Source of the DNA: an uncultured Spirochaetota bacterium
GTDB taxonomy: Bacteria; Spirochaetota; UBA4802; UBA5550
NCBI GenBank assembly: GCA_963727175.1
Contig: CAVSFD010000002.1
Location: 4,403,071 to 4,467,070, forward strand
Direction of reading: 5' to 3'
DNA: 64,000 bases
Shown here: positions 42,557 through 52,342 of the stretch, one piece after another
How the letters are laid out: every line of letters begins with the position of its first letter
Position numbering within the stretch: the stretch's first letter is position 1
Made by a program: the position numbers and the translations under genes
The notes under the pieces: generated by a model
What the model was told of the DNA's origin: nothing
What the model saw: the letters and a program-made list of their open reading frames with translations, nothing else
Databases searched by the model: none

Positions 42557-44110
42557 ATGGAGGAGAGAAGGATAATGCTTAAATCAAGAGTTATTTCAAT
42601 AACACTAGTGGCATTAATGATTGGTCTCATTTACAGCGATGTATTTCCCTGTGACGTGGCAGTTGTCTCAGCCCGCGCATCCTCGACAGGAAGGCCTTTT
42701 ATCTGGAAAAACAGGGACTGCTCCGCCAGCTGGCATCAGGAGATAAAATACTTCAACGCGGTCACCCAGAAAGCAGGGGCCTACATCATGGTCATCGGCT
42801 TCGACGACGTGGCCGAATTGAACAACGGGACCCCGGTCAATCCTTCGGGAGGAGTGAACGCGGCCGGTTTTGCCATATCCTGCACATCGGTCTATGAAGA
42901 GTTGAACCCCATCGATGAACTTTTCAATATCAATACAGACCTGATACGGCACGCCCTTCAGGAGTGCGCCACCGTTGACGATTTTGACTCATTGCTCAAG
43001 ACCTTTAAAAAGAACCATTTCGGTAAAGTCATCAGCGGCAATTTTGTCGCCATTGATGCCAAGGGCGGGGCTGCGCTGTATGAATGTTTTACCGGCCTTC
43101 TCTTTGGCATGTTCCGTCCGGTAATGTACCGGAAATATGACGCCAACAATGGCAGGGTCACGGAGTATAACGGCCTTTACACCTACACCAAGAACCAGGG
43201 ATCAGGAAACAATTTCATCGGTTTTATCAACCGCGCCAACGCGAACACATACATACCCTATAATTACGGCGAAGAGCGACGCTGGCGGGCGAGAGATATT
43301 ATGACCAACCTGGCGTCAGCAGGGCGGCTTAACTACCGGAACTGCATGACCGAGGTGGCCAAGGATATATACGGCAAGCAGGTCGACACCTGGGGCAACG
43401 AGGTAGACCAGGCCAGCCGCCAGACGGATTACAGCTCAACATACTGCATCAGCCGGGCCGCAACACGTCTGGGCATGGTTGTTGACGGAGTCGCGCCCGG
43501 CGGGGACCCGCGCCTGAGCACCTTCTGGTGCGTGCTTGGCGAGCCCTCCACCGGAATTTTCGTCCCCTACTACGTGTATGCGGGAGAAGTTTCATGGCTT
43601 GCATGGGTCGATGATATCGATCTCGACGGCACCCAGTATGACCTGACCGATGCGTCAATGCTCGCCAGGGCGGCCAACCGGCGCGAGATCTATGAGAATC
43701 TCATATACGATTCAAACGACGGCGACGCCCTGTGGGGAATGGAAGATAAGACCATGAACAAGACCGAAAACCTGAAGATACAGAACTGGTCGCAACCGCT
43801 CGAGGAATTCATATTCCTGAAAAACGAGGAAATGCTGGCCGACATGACGATCCATCCCTCGTATATTACAAAACAAAACCTTAGTGAATTTTCCAACTAC
43901 TGCGCCTCATACGTCTACAGCAATTACAACGAGGGAACGGATGCCCAGTATGCCTGGACCTTCAACAAACCGTGGAACGCGACATGGCTCGGCTACACCA
44001 GGGGCGGATTCCAGAATGACGGGCTGACCGCCCTGTCGCCTGAATTATCGGTGAGCGGCTCACAGGACTCCAGTCTGGCAAGCAGCGTATCAAAATTCCT
44101 GGGCCTGTAA
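42557..44110 (+). CDS. Secreted Ntn-hydrolase (C45/AAT-like cysteine nucleophile)
   Basis: Signal peptide followed by Cys32, GRPFIWKNRD, G.N.AGFAI, IDAKGGAALYE, LGEP. Confidence 0.75.
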   Translation: MEERRIMLKSRVISITLVALMIGLIYSDVFPCDVAVVSARASSTGRPFIWKNRDCSASWHQEIKYFNAVTQKAGAYIMVIGFDDVAELNNGTPVNPSGGVNAAGFAISCTSVYEELNPIDELFNINTDLIRHALQECATVDDFDSLLKTFKKNHFGKVISGNFVAIDAKGGAALYECFTGLLFGMFRPVMYRKYDANNGRVTEYNGLYTYTKNQGSGNNFIGFINRANANTYIPYNYGEERRWRARDIMTNLASAGRLNYRNCMTEVAKDIYGKQVDTWGNEVDQASRQTDYSSTYCISRAATRLGMVVDGVAPGGDPRLSTFWCVLGEPSTGIFVPYYVYAGEVSWLAWVDDIDLDGTQYDLTDASMLARAANRREIYENLIYDSNDGDALWGMEDKTMNKTENLKIQNWSQPLEEFIFLKNEEMLADMTIHPSYITKQNLSEFSNYCASYVYSNYNEGTDAQYAWTFNKPWNATWLGYTRGGFQNDGLTALSPELSVSGSQDSSLASSVSKFLGL

Positions 44111-44131
44111 GTTATTTACTGGACAGGGCAG

Positions 44132-45196
44132 ATGATACCGGCATTGAAATTCAACCATGATGACCGGCCGGCCGAAAGACCGGCCGGCACGGGCAATCAG
44201 CGAGCCGCCGGGCCGGGGATCATTCCCGCGGGCGGCTCCGCGAAGCAGTTCGCGAAGAGGATGATCCCATGGCTCGTGGGAATAGCCATCCTGGCCTACC
44301 TGGTATGGCGCATAGAGATCACGCCGCTGCTCAATGCGCTTTCCCATGCCGACGTGATACTGTACATACCGGTCCTGACCGCCTTCATTCTTGTTAATTT
44401 TCTTGCCGACACGCAGAACCTGAATGCCCTCCTGAAATACTCGCGGAGCCCGATCCCTTTCCGCGACAGCATGATCATCCGGGGCGCGTCATACCTGCTG
44501 ATGATCATCGATTACACGCTGGGAATGGGCAGTATCGTGTATTATCTGAAAAAATACAAGAATGTCCCCATAGCCCGGGGGACGGGGTCAATGCTTTTCC
44601 TGAATTACATCACCCATGTGTCTCTGCTGATAATGGCAATCGCCGGATGCCTGATGGCGGCCGCGGCAGGCGCGCTTTCCACGCTGCTTTCAAACATTGC
44701 CCTTACCGCCACCGTGCTGCTGGCATTAGCCATTATCACCATCATACTCATGAAGATGCTTCCCGATAAATCCTTTATGAAAAAAATCAAGCACAGCGAG
44801 ATGATGCTGATCTTCATTGAGAGCCCGGCGAGCACCTACCTCATTAGTACGCTCTACCGGTGCGGATTCTATTCTACCTTCATCCTGTTTTTTTATGTCG
44901 CGGTCAGGACCTTCAACATGGATATGCCATTTTTCGAACTGGTCGCCTATGTCCCGGTAATCCTGCTCGTGATCAGCGTTCCCATATCGGCCTTCGGCCT
45001 GGGTACCGCGCAGGCGGCGATGCTGCTCCTCTTCAAGGACCATGGCTCGCCGGCGCAGATCCTGGCTTTCAGCCTGACGTACTCGGCGTCAATAATCATC
45101 TTCAGGGGAATAATAGGCGCCTGTTATTATGGTATTATCACAAAAAGAGTATCATATCTATACAAAGCAAGTTTGTTGCGAGGAGAAGTTTCATGA
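44132..45196 (+). CDS. Lysylphosphatidylglycerol synthase TM / UPF0104 flippase-like membrane protein
   Basis: About 8 TM helices; PISAFGLGTAQAA motif. Confidence 0.75.
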   Translation: MIPALKFNHDDRPAERPAGTGNQRAAGPGIIPAGGSAKQFAKRMIPWLVGIAILAYLVWRIEITPLLNALSHADVILYIPVLTAFILVNFLADTQNLNALLKYSRSPIPFRDSMIIRGASYLLMIIDYTLGMGSIVYYLKKYKNVPIARGTGSMLFLNYITHVSLLIMAIAGCLMAAAAGALSTLLSNIALTATVLLALAIITIILMKMLPDKSFMKKIKHSEMMLIFIESPASTYLISTLYRCGFYSTFILFFYVAVRTFNMDMPFFELVAYVPVILLVISVPISAFGLGTAQAAMLLLFKDHGSPAQILAFSLTYSASIIIFRGIIGACYYGIITKRVSYLYKASLLRGEVS

Positions 45197-46281
45197 AAAA
45201 ATTCTGGTTAATGTCAATAAGCGTGTGCATCCTTTCCATACTGGCGTTCGGTTGCAGCCAGGCTCAAGAAGATATCGTCGTGTCGATGGCGAGGAAAAAT
45301 TCAAAGCAGACCAATAACGGCGCCAACAATGAGAATTACGGCACCATTATACCCGGCGACGGGAGCGATACAGGGAGCGGGACAGGAACCGGGACAGGAA
45401 CAGAGAATGCCATTCGCCTGGTGTTCGCCGGTGACGTCATGCTGGCAGGAAAAGTAAAAGACGTTGTGGCCAGCAACGGCGGCGGCAGCTATCAGTATCC
45501 GTTTTTATATGTCGCCGACTATCTCCGGAACGCCGACCTGGCCTTTGTAAACCTCGAAAGCATCGTTAGCAGCGATGGAACATCGAGTGGTTCATCCGCC
45601 CTGAGGGCCGATCCGGCTGCGGTCAGCGGATTGACCTACGCGGGGATCGATGTCGTATCGGTCGCCAACGACCACGCCTTTGATTACGGCAGGACCGGAT
45701 TTGACAGCAGCATCCAGAACCTGAAAAACGGAGGGATTACCTGCATTGGCGGCGGGAACTTTGACGAGTCCTATACTGCAAAAATAATCGATGTCAAGGG
45801 GACCAGGGTGGCCTTCCTTGCCTTTACCAACCTGGGCGACGAATACACCGTCCGGGCGCAGAAAAATGATTCATCCCAGGGACTTACAGCGAGAACGGGC
45901 GTTGCGTGGTTCTACAAGAAATATGTCGGTCCCGCTCTCATCAGCGCCAAGAAACAGGCTGATATCGTCATTGTTTCCCTCCACATGGGTAAAGCTGGCA
46001 GCAATCTGCCGAACCTTTACCAGGACAAGTATGCCCATTACTGCGTCGACCAGGGGGCAAGCATCGTAATCGGCCACCATCCCCAGGTCATCCAGCCGGT
46101 GATGGTGTACATCAAAGGAGATATCGCCTATTCGCTGGGGAACCTGGTTTCCGATGCAGGCACGACCGATACGAAAAAAGGGATGATTCTCGAAGTCATC
46201 GTCGACAACAAGCAGATAACGCAGGTCAACAGGAAATACGTGCAGATCAGCAGCACGTATCAGCCGATCATGCTGCAGTAA
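45193..46281 (+). CDS. CapA (PGA_cap) metallophosphoesterase-family lipoprotein
   Basis: AFGC lipobox, GDVML, NLE, ANDH, LHMG, GHHPQ, YSLGN; ATGA overlap with upstream gene. Confidence 0.85.
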   Translation: MKKFWLMSISVCILSILAFGCSQAQEDIVVSMARKNSKQTNNGANNENYGTIIPGDGSDTGSGTGTGTGTENAIRLVFAGDVMLAGKVKDVVASNGGGSYQYPFLYVADYLRNADLAFVNLESIVSSDGTSSGSSALRADPAAVSGLTYAGIDVVSVANDHAFDYGRTGFDSSIQNLKNGGITCIGGGNFDESYTAKIIDVKGTRVAFLAFTNLGDEYTVRAQKNDSSQGLTARTGVAWFYKKYVGPALISAKKQADIVIVSLHMGKAGSNLPNLYQDKYAHYCVDQGASIVIGHHPQVIQPVMVYIKGDIAYSLGNLVSDAGTTDTKKGMILEVIVDNKQITQVNRKYVQISSTYQPIMLQ

Positions 46282-46311
46282 TTTGACCGGATTAAGAGGA
46301 TCAGCACGAGA

Positions 46312-47451
46312 ATGAAAGGAAAAACTGCCGCTGAAAAACTCCAGGAGAAGCTGGCGGAACTTATACCGCTCCGGCACTTTATTGCCACCGGATACACCCG
46401 GAACGGGCTCTTTCTTCTCATAAAGGCCAAGCGCTGGGAAAACACCGCTGAAATCATAATCCCGGCCTTCACCTGCCCGGTCATCAGGCACACTATCGCT
46501 GAAGCCGGTGCCGTCCCGGTCCCGGTTGACGCAGAGGAAGACGGCATAAATATCGATCCCGACAAGATAATCCCTGCAATCACGGGAAGAACAAAGGCCA
46601 TATATGTGGTCCACACCTACGGCATGGCCGCGCAGATTGAAAAGATATGCGCGATAGCGAAAAAGCACGGCCTTATGGTCATCGAGGACCTGGCGCACGC
46701 TCCCTTCTCTCTCTGCGGTGACAGGCAGCTCGGGACCTATGGAGATATCGCGCTGTTAAGCTTTACGAAGAAGCTGGTTAATTTCGAAGGGGGGGCCATC
46801 GGCACCAATGATACGGCCTTGCATGCACGCATGACGATGCTTCAAAGAGAATATGCCTTTCGGCGTTCTTTTTCGCTCCTTTTTTTAATCGATTGTTTCG
46901 TCCGTCTGGTAGGATCCTGGTGGGAGAGCAGTTTTTCCATGCCCGCGCTGCTTCTCATGAAGCTGAATGACGCGATCAATACGATCGTATACAGAGGGTC
47001 TTACGGAATGTCGATAGACGGCGCGGCATTTTCAGCAAGCGAACGGGGGTGCCGCATAACACTGCGCCAGATAGACCGCCTTTTCGATAGATACCGAAGC
47101 AACAGCACTCATTACCGGCGACGGGCCGTCACGGCGCCGGACATACTTATATACAGGCCGCACCAGAAAAACAGTGACACTCCGACCTTCTATATCACGG
47201 GTATTCCCGCCGGCAGGAACCGCCTCTACAGGCTGCTGTCTTTTCGCACATGGCACAACAGCAACAGGCCCGGCTCCTTTCCCAGAGCGGATTACCTGTA
47301 TGAAAATTACAGGATATTTTCAAAAGCGGTACTGATGTTTCTTCCCGGACGGAAGAACAGCTCTATCCGCCTGGTACAGAAAGGGGATGTGAATATACAC
47401 AAAAAGAATATGAAACAGCCAACCTTATCAAACAAAAGGGGGATCATATGA
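46312..47451 (+). CDS. DegT/DnrJ/EryC1/StrS family PLP-dependent protein
   Basis: IIPAFTC, VVHTYG, IEDLAHA, G..GD...SFTKK, EGG. Confidence 0.8.
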   Translation: MKGKTAAEKLQEKLAELIPLRHFIATGYTRNGLFLLIKAKRWENTAEIIIPAFTCPVIRHTIAEAGAVPVPVDAEEDGINIDPDKIIPAITGRTKAIYVVHTYGMAAQIEKICAIAKKHGLMVIEDLAHAPFSLCGDRQLGTYGDIALLSFTKKLVNFEGGAIGTNDTALHARMTMLQREYAFRRSFSLLFLIDCFVRLVGSWWESSFSMPALLLMKLNDAINTIVYRGSYGMSIDGAAFSASERGCRITLRQIDRLFDRYRSNSTHYRRRAVTAPDILIYRPHQKNSDTPTFYITGIPAGRNRLYRLLSFRTWHNSNRPGSFPRADYLYENYRIFSKAVLMFLPGRKNSSIRLVQKGDVNIHKKNMKQPTLSNKRGII

Positions 47452-48482
47452 AACTCGTACAAGAAGCTATTGCCAGAACAGTTGAAAGAGAAGAAAATTT
47501 CCAGGTGGCCATTACCTGCAGGGACAACTTCCTCGTGGATCACAAAGGGTTCAATTACTACGTAATCGACCTCAAGAACACCGATTTCTCGATTCTTGAA
47601 GATATAGTCAGCGGGTGCGAGGCCGTGGAAAGCGACACATGGAAGGCGCAGGAAGATTTTTTTGATTACATCAAGAAAAGCGACATCCTGGTCTATGCCG
47701 AAAAGGACGGCCGAATCGTCGGCTTCAACCTTGTATCCCTGCTGCTCATCAACGAATACTGTTTTTACACGATCGACGAAGCGATGGTGCTCAGGGCATT
47801 CCAGGGCAACAACATCGCGCGGAATATCGTTAGTGCCACCCTCTGGTGGTTTTTGAAAATAATCGATTTGGACGGCGCCGTAAAGAAAGGAGTCCTGGTG
47901 TCGATTTCCAGCAATCCGAAGGTCGTGAATAACTATTTTAAGAATAAATATATCACGCGTCTCATGGACAATTCCTTTTTCCCGTCAGAGGACCTGATCG
48001 CCGTGCACCACGCCTATCTGGCTAAAAACAATTTTGAACTTGTCCACGATGATTATCCATTCTGCGTGAAAAACCTTTTTCCCGGTTCGCAGCAGCTTGA
48101 CTGGAACAATAAAAAATATCAATTCCTTGATGATGTAAAACGAAGAATGCCCGGCGAGTTTGAGCACACCAGGCGCGGCGACGCCTGGGCCTTCATGGTC
48201 GTTGCCAATATGCATCTTGCCTATTTCGTCATACGGGCCATCGTGTTCGCCTTCTTCGGATGGAAATCCCTGCTGCATAAAAAAATCGGCCTTCTCAGAA
48301 ACAAGAAGAAACTGGAAACAAGGCCTGAAATGACAAGGATCAGGCTCATTGACGGCAAGTTCTTTGACGTGCGCGCCCATGAAAGACGGAAGACCGAACG
48401 CAGGGTCCACAATGCCGGGTACGATGCGACAGGGACAGACCGGCGGGTTACCGAAAGAAGAATAACCCTACAGACAATCTAA
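47448..48482 (+). CDS. GNAT-like acyltransferase with Arg-rich tail
   Basis: DGRIVGF, V..AFQGNNIA acyl-CoA motif A; ATGA overlap with DegT gene. Confidence 0.6.
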   Translation: MKLVQEAIARTVEREENFQVAITCRDNFLVDHKGFNYYVIDLKNTDFSILEDIVSGCEAVESDTWKAQEDFFDYIKKSDILVYAEKDGRIVGFNLVSLLLINEYCFYTIDEAMVLRAFQGNNIARNIVSATLWWFLKIIDLDGAVKKGVLVSISSNPKVVNNYFKNKYITRLMDNSFFPSEDLIAVHHAYLAKNNFELVHDDYPFCVKNLFPGSQQLDWNNKKYQFLDDVKRRMPGEFEHTRRGDAWAFMVVANMHLAYFVIRAIVFAFFGWKSLLHKKIGLLRNKKKLETRPEMTRIRLIDGKFFDVRAHERRKTERRVHNAGYDATGTDRRVTERRITLQTI

Positions 48483-48557
48483 CGCGTACATGTGCCGGGG
48501 CGGTTTGCACGGATCAGATAACAGCATTTTTTTGAATAGTGATTCCAGAGGATTACG

Positions 48558-49790
48558 TTGAGCGCCAGATTGCAGAACACGTGGGACAAGCCTTATTCCC
48601 GGATACTTTCAGTCAATGAGCGGCTGTGGCTTGCGGCCGATACGATGAACGCCCCCTTCGCGATACAGATGGTCTGCGAGGGAAGCGGAACCATTGATAT
48701 ACATGAATGGCGGAAAGCCGTTGAACTTGCCAGCGCAGCAAACCCCGGGAGCCGGCTGAAGCTTGTAGGCCGCCTCAATTCCTGCAAATGGGTGGATTCG
48801 GAAACAGCGCCGCCGGTACATGAGGTCGACGGCAGCGCATGGACCGGCTACAGCCCCGATGGAGCACCGTTCCTGGAAAAACCGTTCAATGTCGTCGACG
48901 GTCCCACCTGCGAAGTGCTCATTATCCGCGGCAATCCCACCCGCGTGGCCTTCCGGGCCCATCACGCGGTGATGGACAACCACGGCATTATTTTCTGGGC
49001 CGAAGAAATATTCCGCTCACTCCAGGGCAAGCCGCTGCGGGGCTCCTTTTCACGCGCGACGGACTGGGACGTGGCACGATCATTCCAGAGTGAATACCGC
49101 AAACCGTTCCCGCACGATAACCTTTCAATCACCGGAACGGCGGAAGGCAATGAACAGGGAACTGTCTGGGGCCGCAGGAGCATTCAGGGACATTTCCGGC
49201 AGGTCCTCGCCCAGGTGGCCTACCACGCTGCGCGGGAGGCACGCCGGCACGGGGAGGGAAATGTGCGCTTCGCTGTCCCCATCAACCTGAGATCGCGCAT
49301 CCAGGGTCTCCGGTCAACGGGGAACCTCTCAATCGGCATCTACATTGATGTGAGGCCTGAGACCACCATCGATGAAATCAGCTGGGACATCGCGTGGCAG
49401 CTCAGGGAAAAACGCGACTGCATGATCGACCGGTGGGACTTTATTTACAAATACATCCCCATCAGCATCATCGGGCAGGAAGGCACCAGGCGGACTTTTG
49501 ATTATCACAGCAAGGGCCTGTACAGCCTGTCTGGCATCATAAGCAACGCCGGCAAACTCAACGCAAAGCATTTCTCAGGCGGGGGTTTTGAATGCAAATC
49601 CGTATTCGCGATTCCTCCCTATTTCTCATATCTTCCCCTGCTGCTGTGGCTCTACGGAACCGAGGATTCCGTTGAACTGGTCTATGCAGCGCCGCGGGTC
49701 CTTGCGACGCAGGGCAGGCTGGACGCCGCCATTGACCGAATCGTTTCGTCCCTGTTGCCCGCGAGCTACATGGCAATCTACCAGGTCTGA
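48558..49790 (+). CDS. Stand-alone condensation-domain/CoA-dependent acyltransferase 1
   Basis: FRAHHAVMDN, PINLR, SNAG; paralog of the next two genes. Confidence 0.75.
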   Translation: MSARLQNTWDKPYSRILSVNERLWLAADTMNAPFAIQMVCEGSGTIDIHEWRKAVELASAANPGSRLKLVGRLNSCKWVDSETAPPVHEVDGSAWTGYSPDGAPFLEKPFNVVDGPTCEVLIIRGNPTRVAFRAHHAVMDNHGIIFWAEEIFRSLQGKPLRGSFSRATDWDVARSFQSEYRKPFPHDNLSITGTAEGNEQGTVWGRRSIQGHFRQVLAQVAYHAAREARRHGEGNVRFAVPINLRSRIQGLRSTGNLSIGIYIDVRPETTIDEISWDIAWQLREKRDCMIDRWDFIYKYIPISIIGQEGTRRTFDYHSKGLYSLSGIISNAGKLNAKHFSGGGFECKSVFAIPPYFSYLPLLLWLYGTEDSVELVYAAPRVLATQGRLDAAIDRIVSSLLPASYMAIYQV

Positions 49791-49802
49791 CAGGGAATAA
49801 TC

Positions 49803-51008
49803 TTGCGCAGGCTCCGCCCTCATGATATCTCACCGGTACGGCCGCTATCAATAGCCTCGCGATTATGGGTAGCCGCAGATAGGATCATTTCCCCCTTTGC
49901 AAACCAGGTCATCATAGAAGGCACGGGGCATTTCAATGCCGATGAATTGCGGAGTGCCGTCAGAACCGCATCGGAGGCAAACCGCGGTGCACGCCTTGTT
50001 CTGAAGGGGCACCTCGGGTCCAGCCACTGGATCGATTCGGGGATCGCACCGCCGGTCCGTGAAGTTGACGGCACCTCGTGGGATGGACTGGGATCGGAAG
50101 GAGCGCCCTTCCTCATGAAAGGATTCGATATCCGCACGGGACCCAGCAGCGAGGTCCTGCTGATGCACGGCAACCCTGCCCGGATCTCATTCCGGAGCCA
50201 TCATGCGGTCATGGACGGACGCGGGGCCATGACCTGGACCGAAGACATCTTCCGGGTCCTCCGCGGCGAGAAACCGCTGGGCTCCGAGTATGCCATGATT
50301 GAAAACGACCTCCTGAATCTGGGAAGGGGGAAAAGGGGCAAACCGCTCCCCCACCGCTTTATCGCCCCCACGGGGAAAGCGGAGGGCACCGGCGCAGACC
50401 TTGTCTGGAAGAGGGCGTCCCTCACCGGCAAATATCCAAGGCTCCTTGCCAGGGTGCTCCTCCTCACAGCCCGGGAAGCGTGGCGCCATGGAAACGGGAA
50501 GGTAAGGATCGGCATTCCCGTCGATCTGAGGTCACGCCGTGAAGGCCTCCGTTCCACCAGCAACCTCACCAATGCCATATACATTGACATCGACCGGAAG
50601 GCAACACCGGAAACGATAGCCAACGACATCACGCGGAGGCTTTCAAGCAGGGCCGACGGAGAAATCACCTGGGAGGACCTCATCATCAGGTATGTGCCGG
50701 TGAGTCTCCTCGCCATGGCCATACGGAAGGAAGGGATGCGCAACCAGAGGTCGGGACAATTCCGCTTCTCGGGCTTCGTATCAAACCTGGGCCGCATTGA
50801 CAGCGCCGCTCATTCATGCGGCAGCTTTACCGCAACAGCGTTTTACGGGGTTCCTGTTTGTGTGCCCATCCTTCCCTTCAGCATGACCCTGTCCGGCCTG
50901 GGGGACCGTGTCGAGATGCTCATCATGATGCCCCGCGTCATGGCAGCCGGGGGCAGGCTCGAAGCAGCACTTGAGAGGATAACTGAGGCACTCTCGGAGG
51001 CCGGCTGA
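49803..51008 (+). CDS. Stand-alone condensation-domain/CoA-dependent acyltransferase 2
   Basis: FRSHHAVMDG (HHxxxDG), PVDLR, SNLG. Confidence 0.78.
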   Translation: MRRLRPHDISPVRPLSIASRLWVAADRIISPFANQVIIEGTGHFNADELRSAVRTASEANRGARLVLKGHLGSSHWIDSGIAPPVREVDGTSWDGLGSEGAPFLMKGFDIRTGPSSEVLLMHGNPARISFRSHHAVMDGRGAMTWTEDIFRVLRGEKPLGSEYAMIENDLLNLGRGKRGKPLPHRFIAPTGKAEGTGADLVWKRASLTGKYPRLLARVLLLTAREAWRHGNGKVRIGIPVDLRSRREGLRSTSNLTNAIYIDIDRKATPETIANDITRRLSSRADGEITWEDLIIRYVPVSLLAMAIRKEGMRNQRSGQFRFSGFVSNLGRIDSAAHSCGSFTATAFYGVPVCVPILPFSMTLSGLGDRVEMLIMMPRVMAAGGRLEAALERITEALSEAG

Positions 51009-51135
51009 CGCCAATAAAGGCTTGACATTGAAAATCTTGATCCATTGTATATTAATAGTAACTTGATGCATAACCTGTTATAATTATTCATGCCTGCCCC
51101 CCGCCTTCGGCGGCAGGGACAGGTATTATTCCGCT

Positions 51136-52323
51136 ATGACCAGAGACTATATCCGCAAACTTTCATCCACCGAACGGGCGTATGTGATCCTCGGCGACCT
51201 GTATCCCCCCTTCGCGAACCAGTATTTCTGGGAAGGTACGGGTGTGCTCGACCCGAACCTCTGGCACAGTGCGGTTGAAAAAGCCGCGGAGCGCAACATA
51301 GGGTGCCGCCTGGCGCTGCGGGGTGTCCTCAACCGGGCCCGATGGATCGATTCCGGCAAGCCGCCGATAGTGAGTGAAGTTGACGGCAGCCGCTGGTCCG
51401 GCATGAGCTCGGACGGCGCCGATTTCCTGACAACGGCGCTGTCGCCCTGGAACGGGGAGGGATGCCAGATACTCCTTATCCACGGCAACCCGCAGCGGGT
51501 GGTGTTCCGCACCCATCACGCGGTGATGGACGGCCGCGGGACACAGACCCTCGCCGAGGACGTCTTCAGCGCCCTTCGCGGTGAACCGCTGGCCGGTTCT
51601 GAATGCCGGACCGTCGAGCAGGTTCTGGCCCGCAGCTTTCAGAAAAAAGGGAGGGACGCCTCCCCGCCGGTACACATCGCCCCGACAGGAAGAGCTGACG
51701 GAGCCGGCAGGGAGATATTCTGGCGCAGGTTCCAGGTCAGGGGCGCCTACAAGAAAATCGTTTCCCAGGTTGCCGTTGCCCTGGCGAGGGAGGCCCGCTC
51801 CTATTCACAAGGACCGGTACGCATCGGCATCCCTGTCGACCTCCGGCCCAGGAAAAACGGCCTCCGGTCGACCAGCAACCTGACGAACCTCATTTACGTG
51901 GATGTGAATCCCGAAGACAACTATATCGGTATCGATAATGATATCAAGCAGCAGCTGGCCGAGTGCCGCGACGGGATGCTGTACCGGGGGGACGAACTGA
52001 TACGATTTCTGCCCCTAGGATTCGTCCGAAGACTGGCTGATCGAAGGATCCAAAAAAATCATGCCCGGGGATTATACAACGCAACGGCGCTGATTTCCAA
52101 TCTCGGTAAAAAGGATCTCATGCAATTCTCCGGGGGCGGGTTCCGCGCAACGGCCTTCTGGGCGATTCCACCCGGCTCGGAGCTCTACCCTTACTCCGTG
52201 GTTCTGGCAGGCCATGGTGATATCATCGAGATAATCATCACCATCCCGAAGGTCATGGCGACAGGGGGCCGTTTTGACAGGAGCATCGACGCCCTGGCCC
52301 GTAACCTGGAAATATTTTCCTGA
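51136..52323 (+). CDS. Stand-alone condensation-domain/CoA-dependent acyltransferase 3
   Basis: FRTHHAVMDG, PVDLR, SNLG. Confidence 0.78.
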   Translation: MTRDYIRKLSSTERAYVILGDLYPPFANQYFWEGTGVLDPNLWHSAVEKAAERNIGCRLALRGVLNRARWIDSGKPPIVSEVDGSRWSGMSSDGADFLTTALSPWNGEGCQILLIHGNPQRVVFRTHHAVMDGRGTQTLAEDVFSALRGEPLAGSECRTVEQVLARSFQKKGRDASPPVHIAPTGRADGAGREIFWRRFQVRGAYKKIVSQVAVALAREARSYSQGPVRIGIPVDLRPRKNGLRSTSNLTNLIYVDVNPEDNYIGIDNDIKQQLAECRDGMLYRGDELIRFLPLGFVRRLADRRIQKNHARGLYNATALISNLGKKDLMQFSGGGFRATAFWAIPPGSELYPYSVVLAGHGDIIEIIITIPKVMATGGRFDRSIDALARNLEIFS

Positions 52324-52342
52324 ACGGATGAGAACAGGCCTG

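Noticed and set aside
44860-45192. N-terminal extension of CapA in the ORF track
   Set aside because: Overlaps the flippase-like gene; RBS, ATG 45193 and lipoprotein signal define the start.
45360-45405. GGGACAGGAAC-type short tandem repeat
   Set aside because: Encodes the Gly-Thr linker of CapA; not an independent element.
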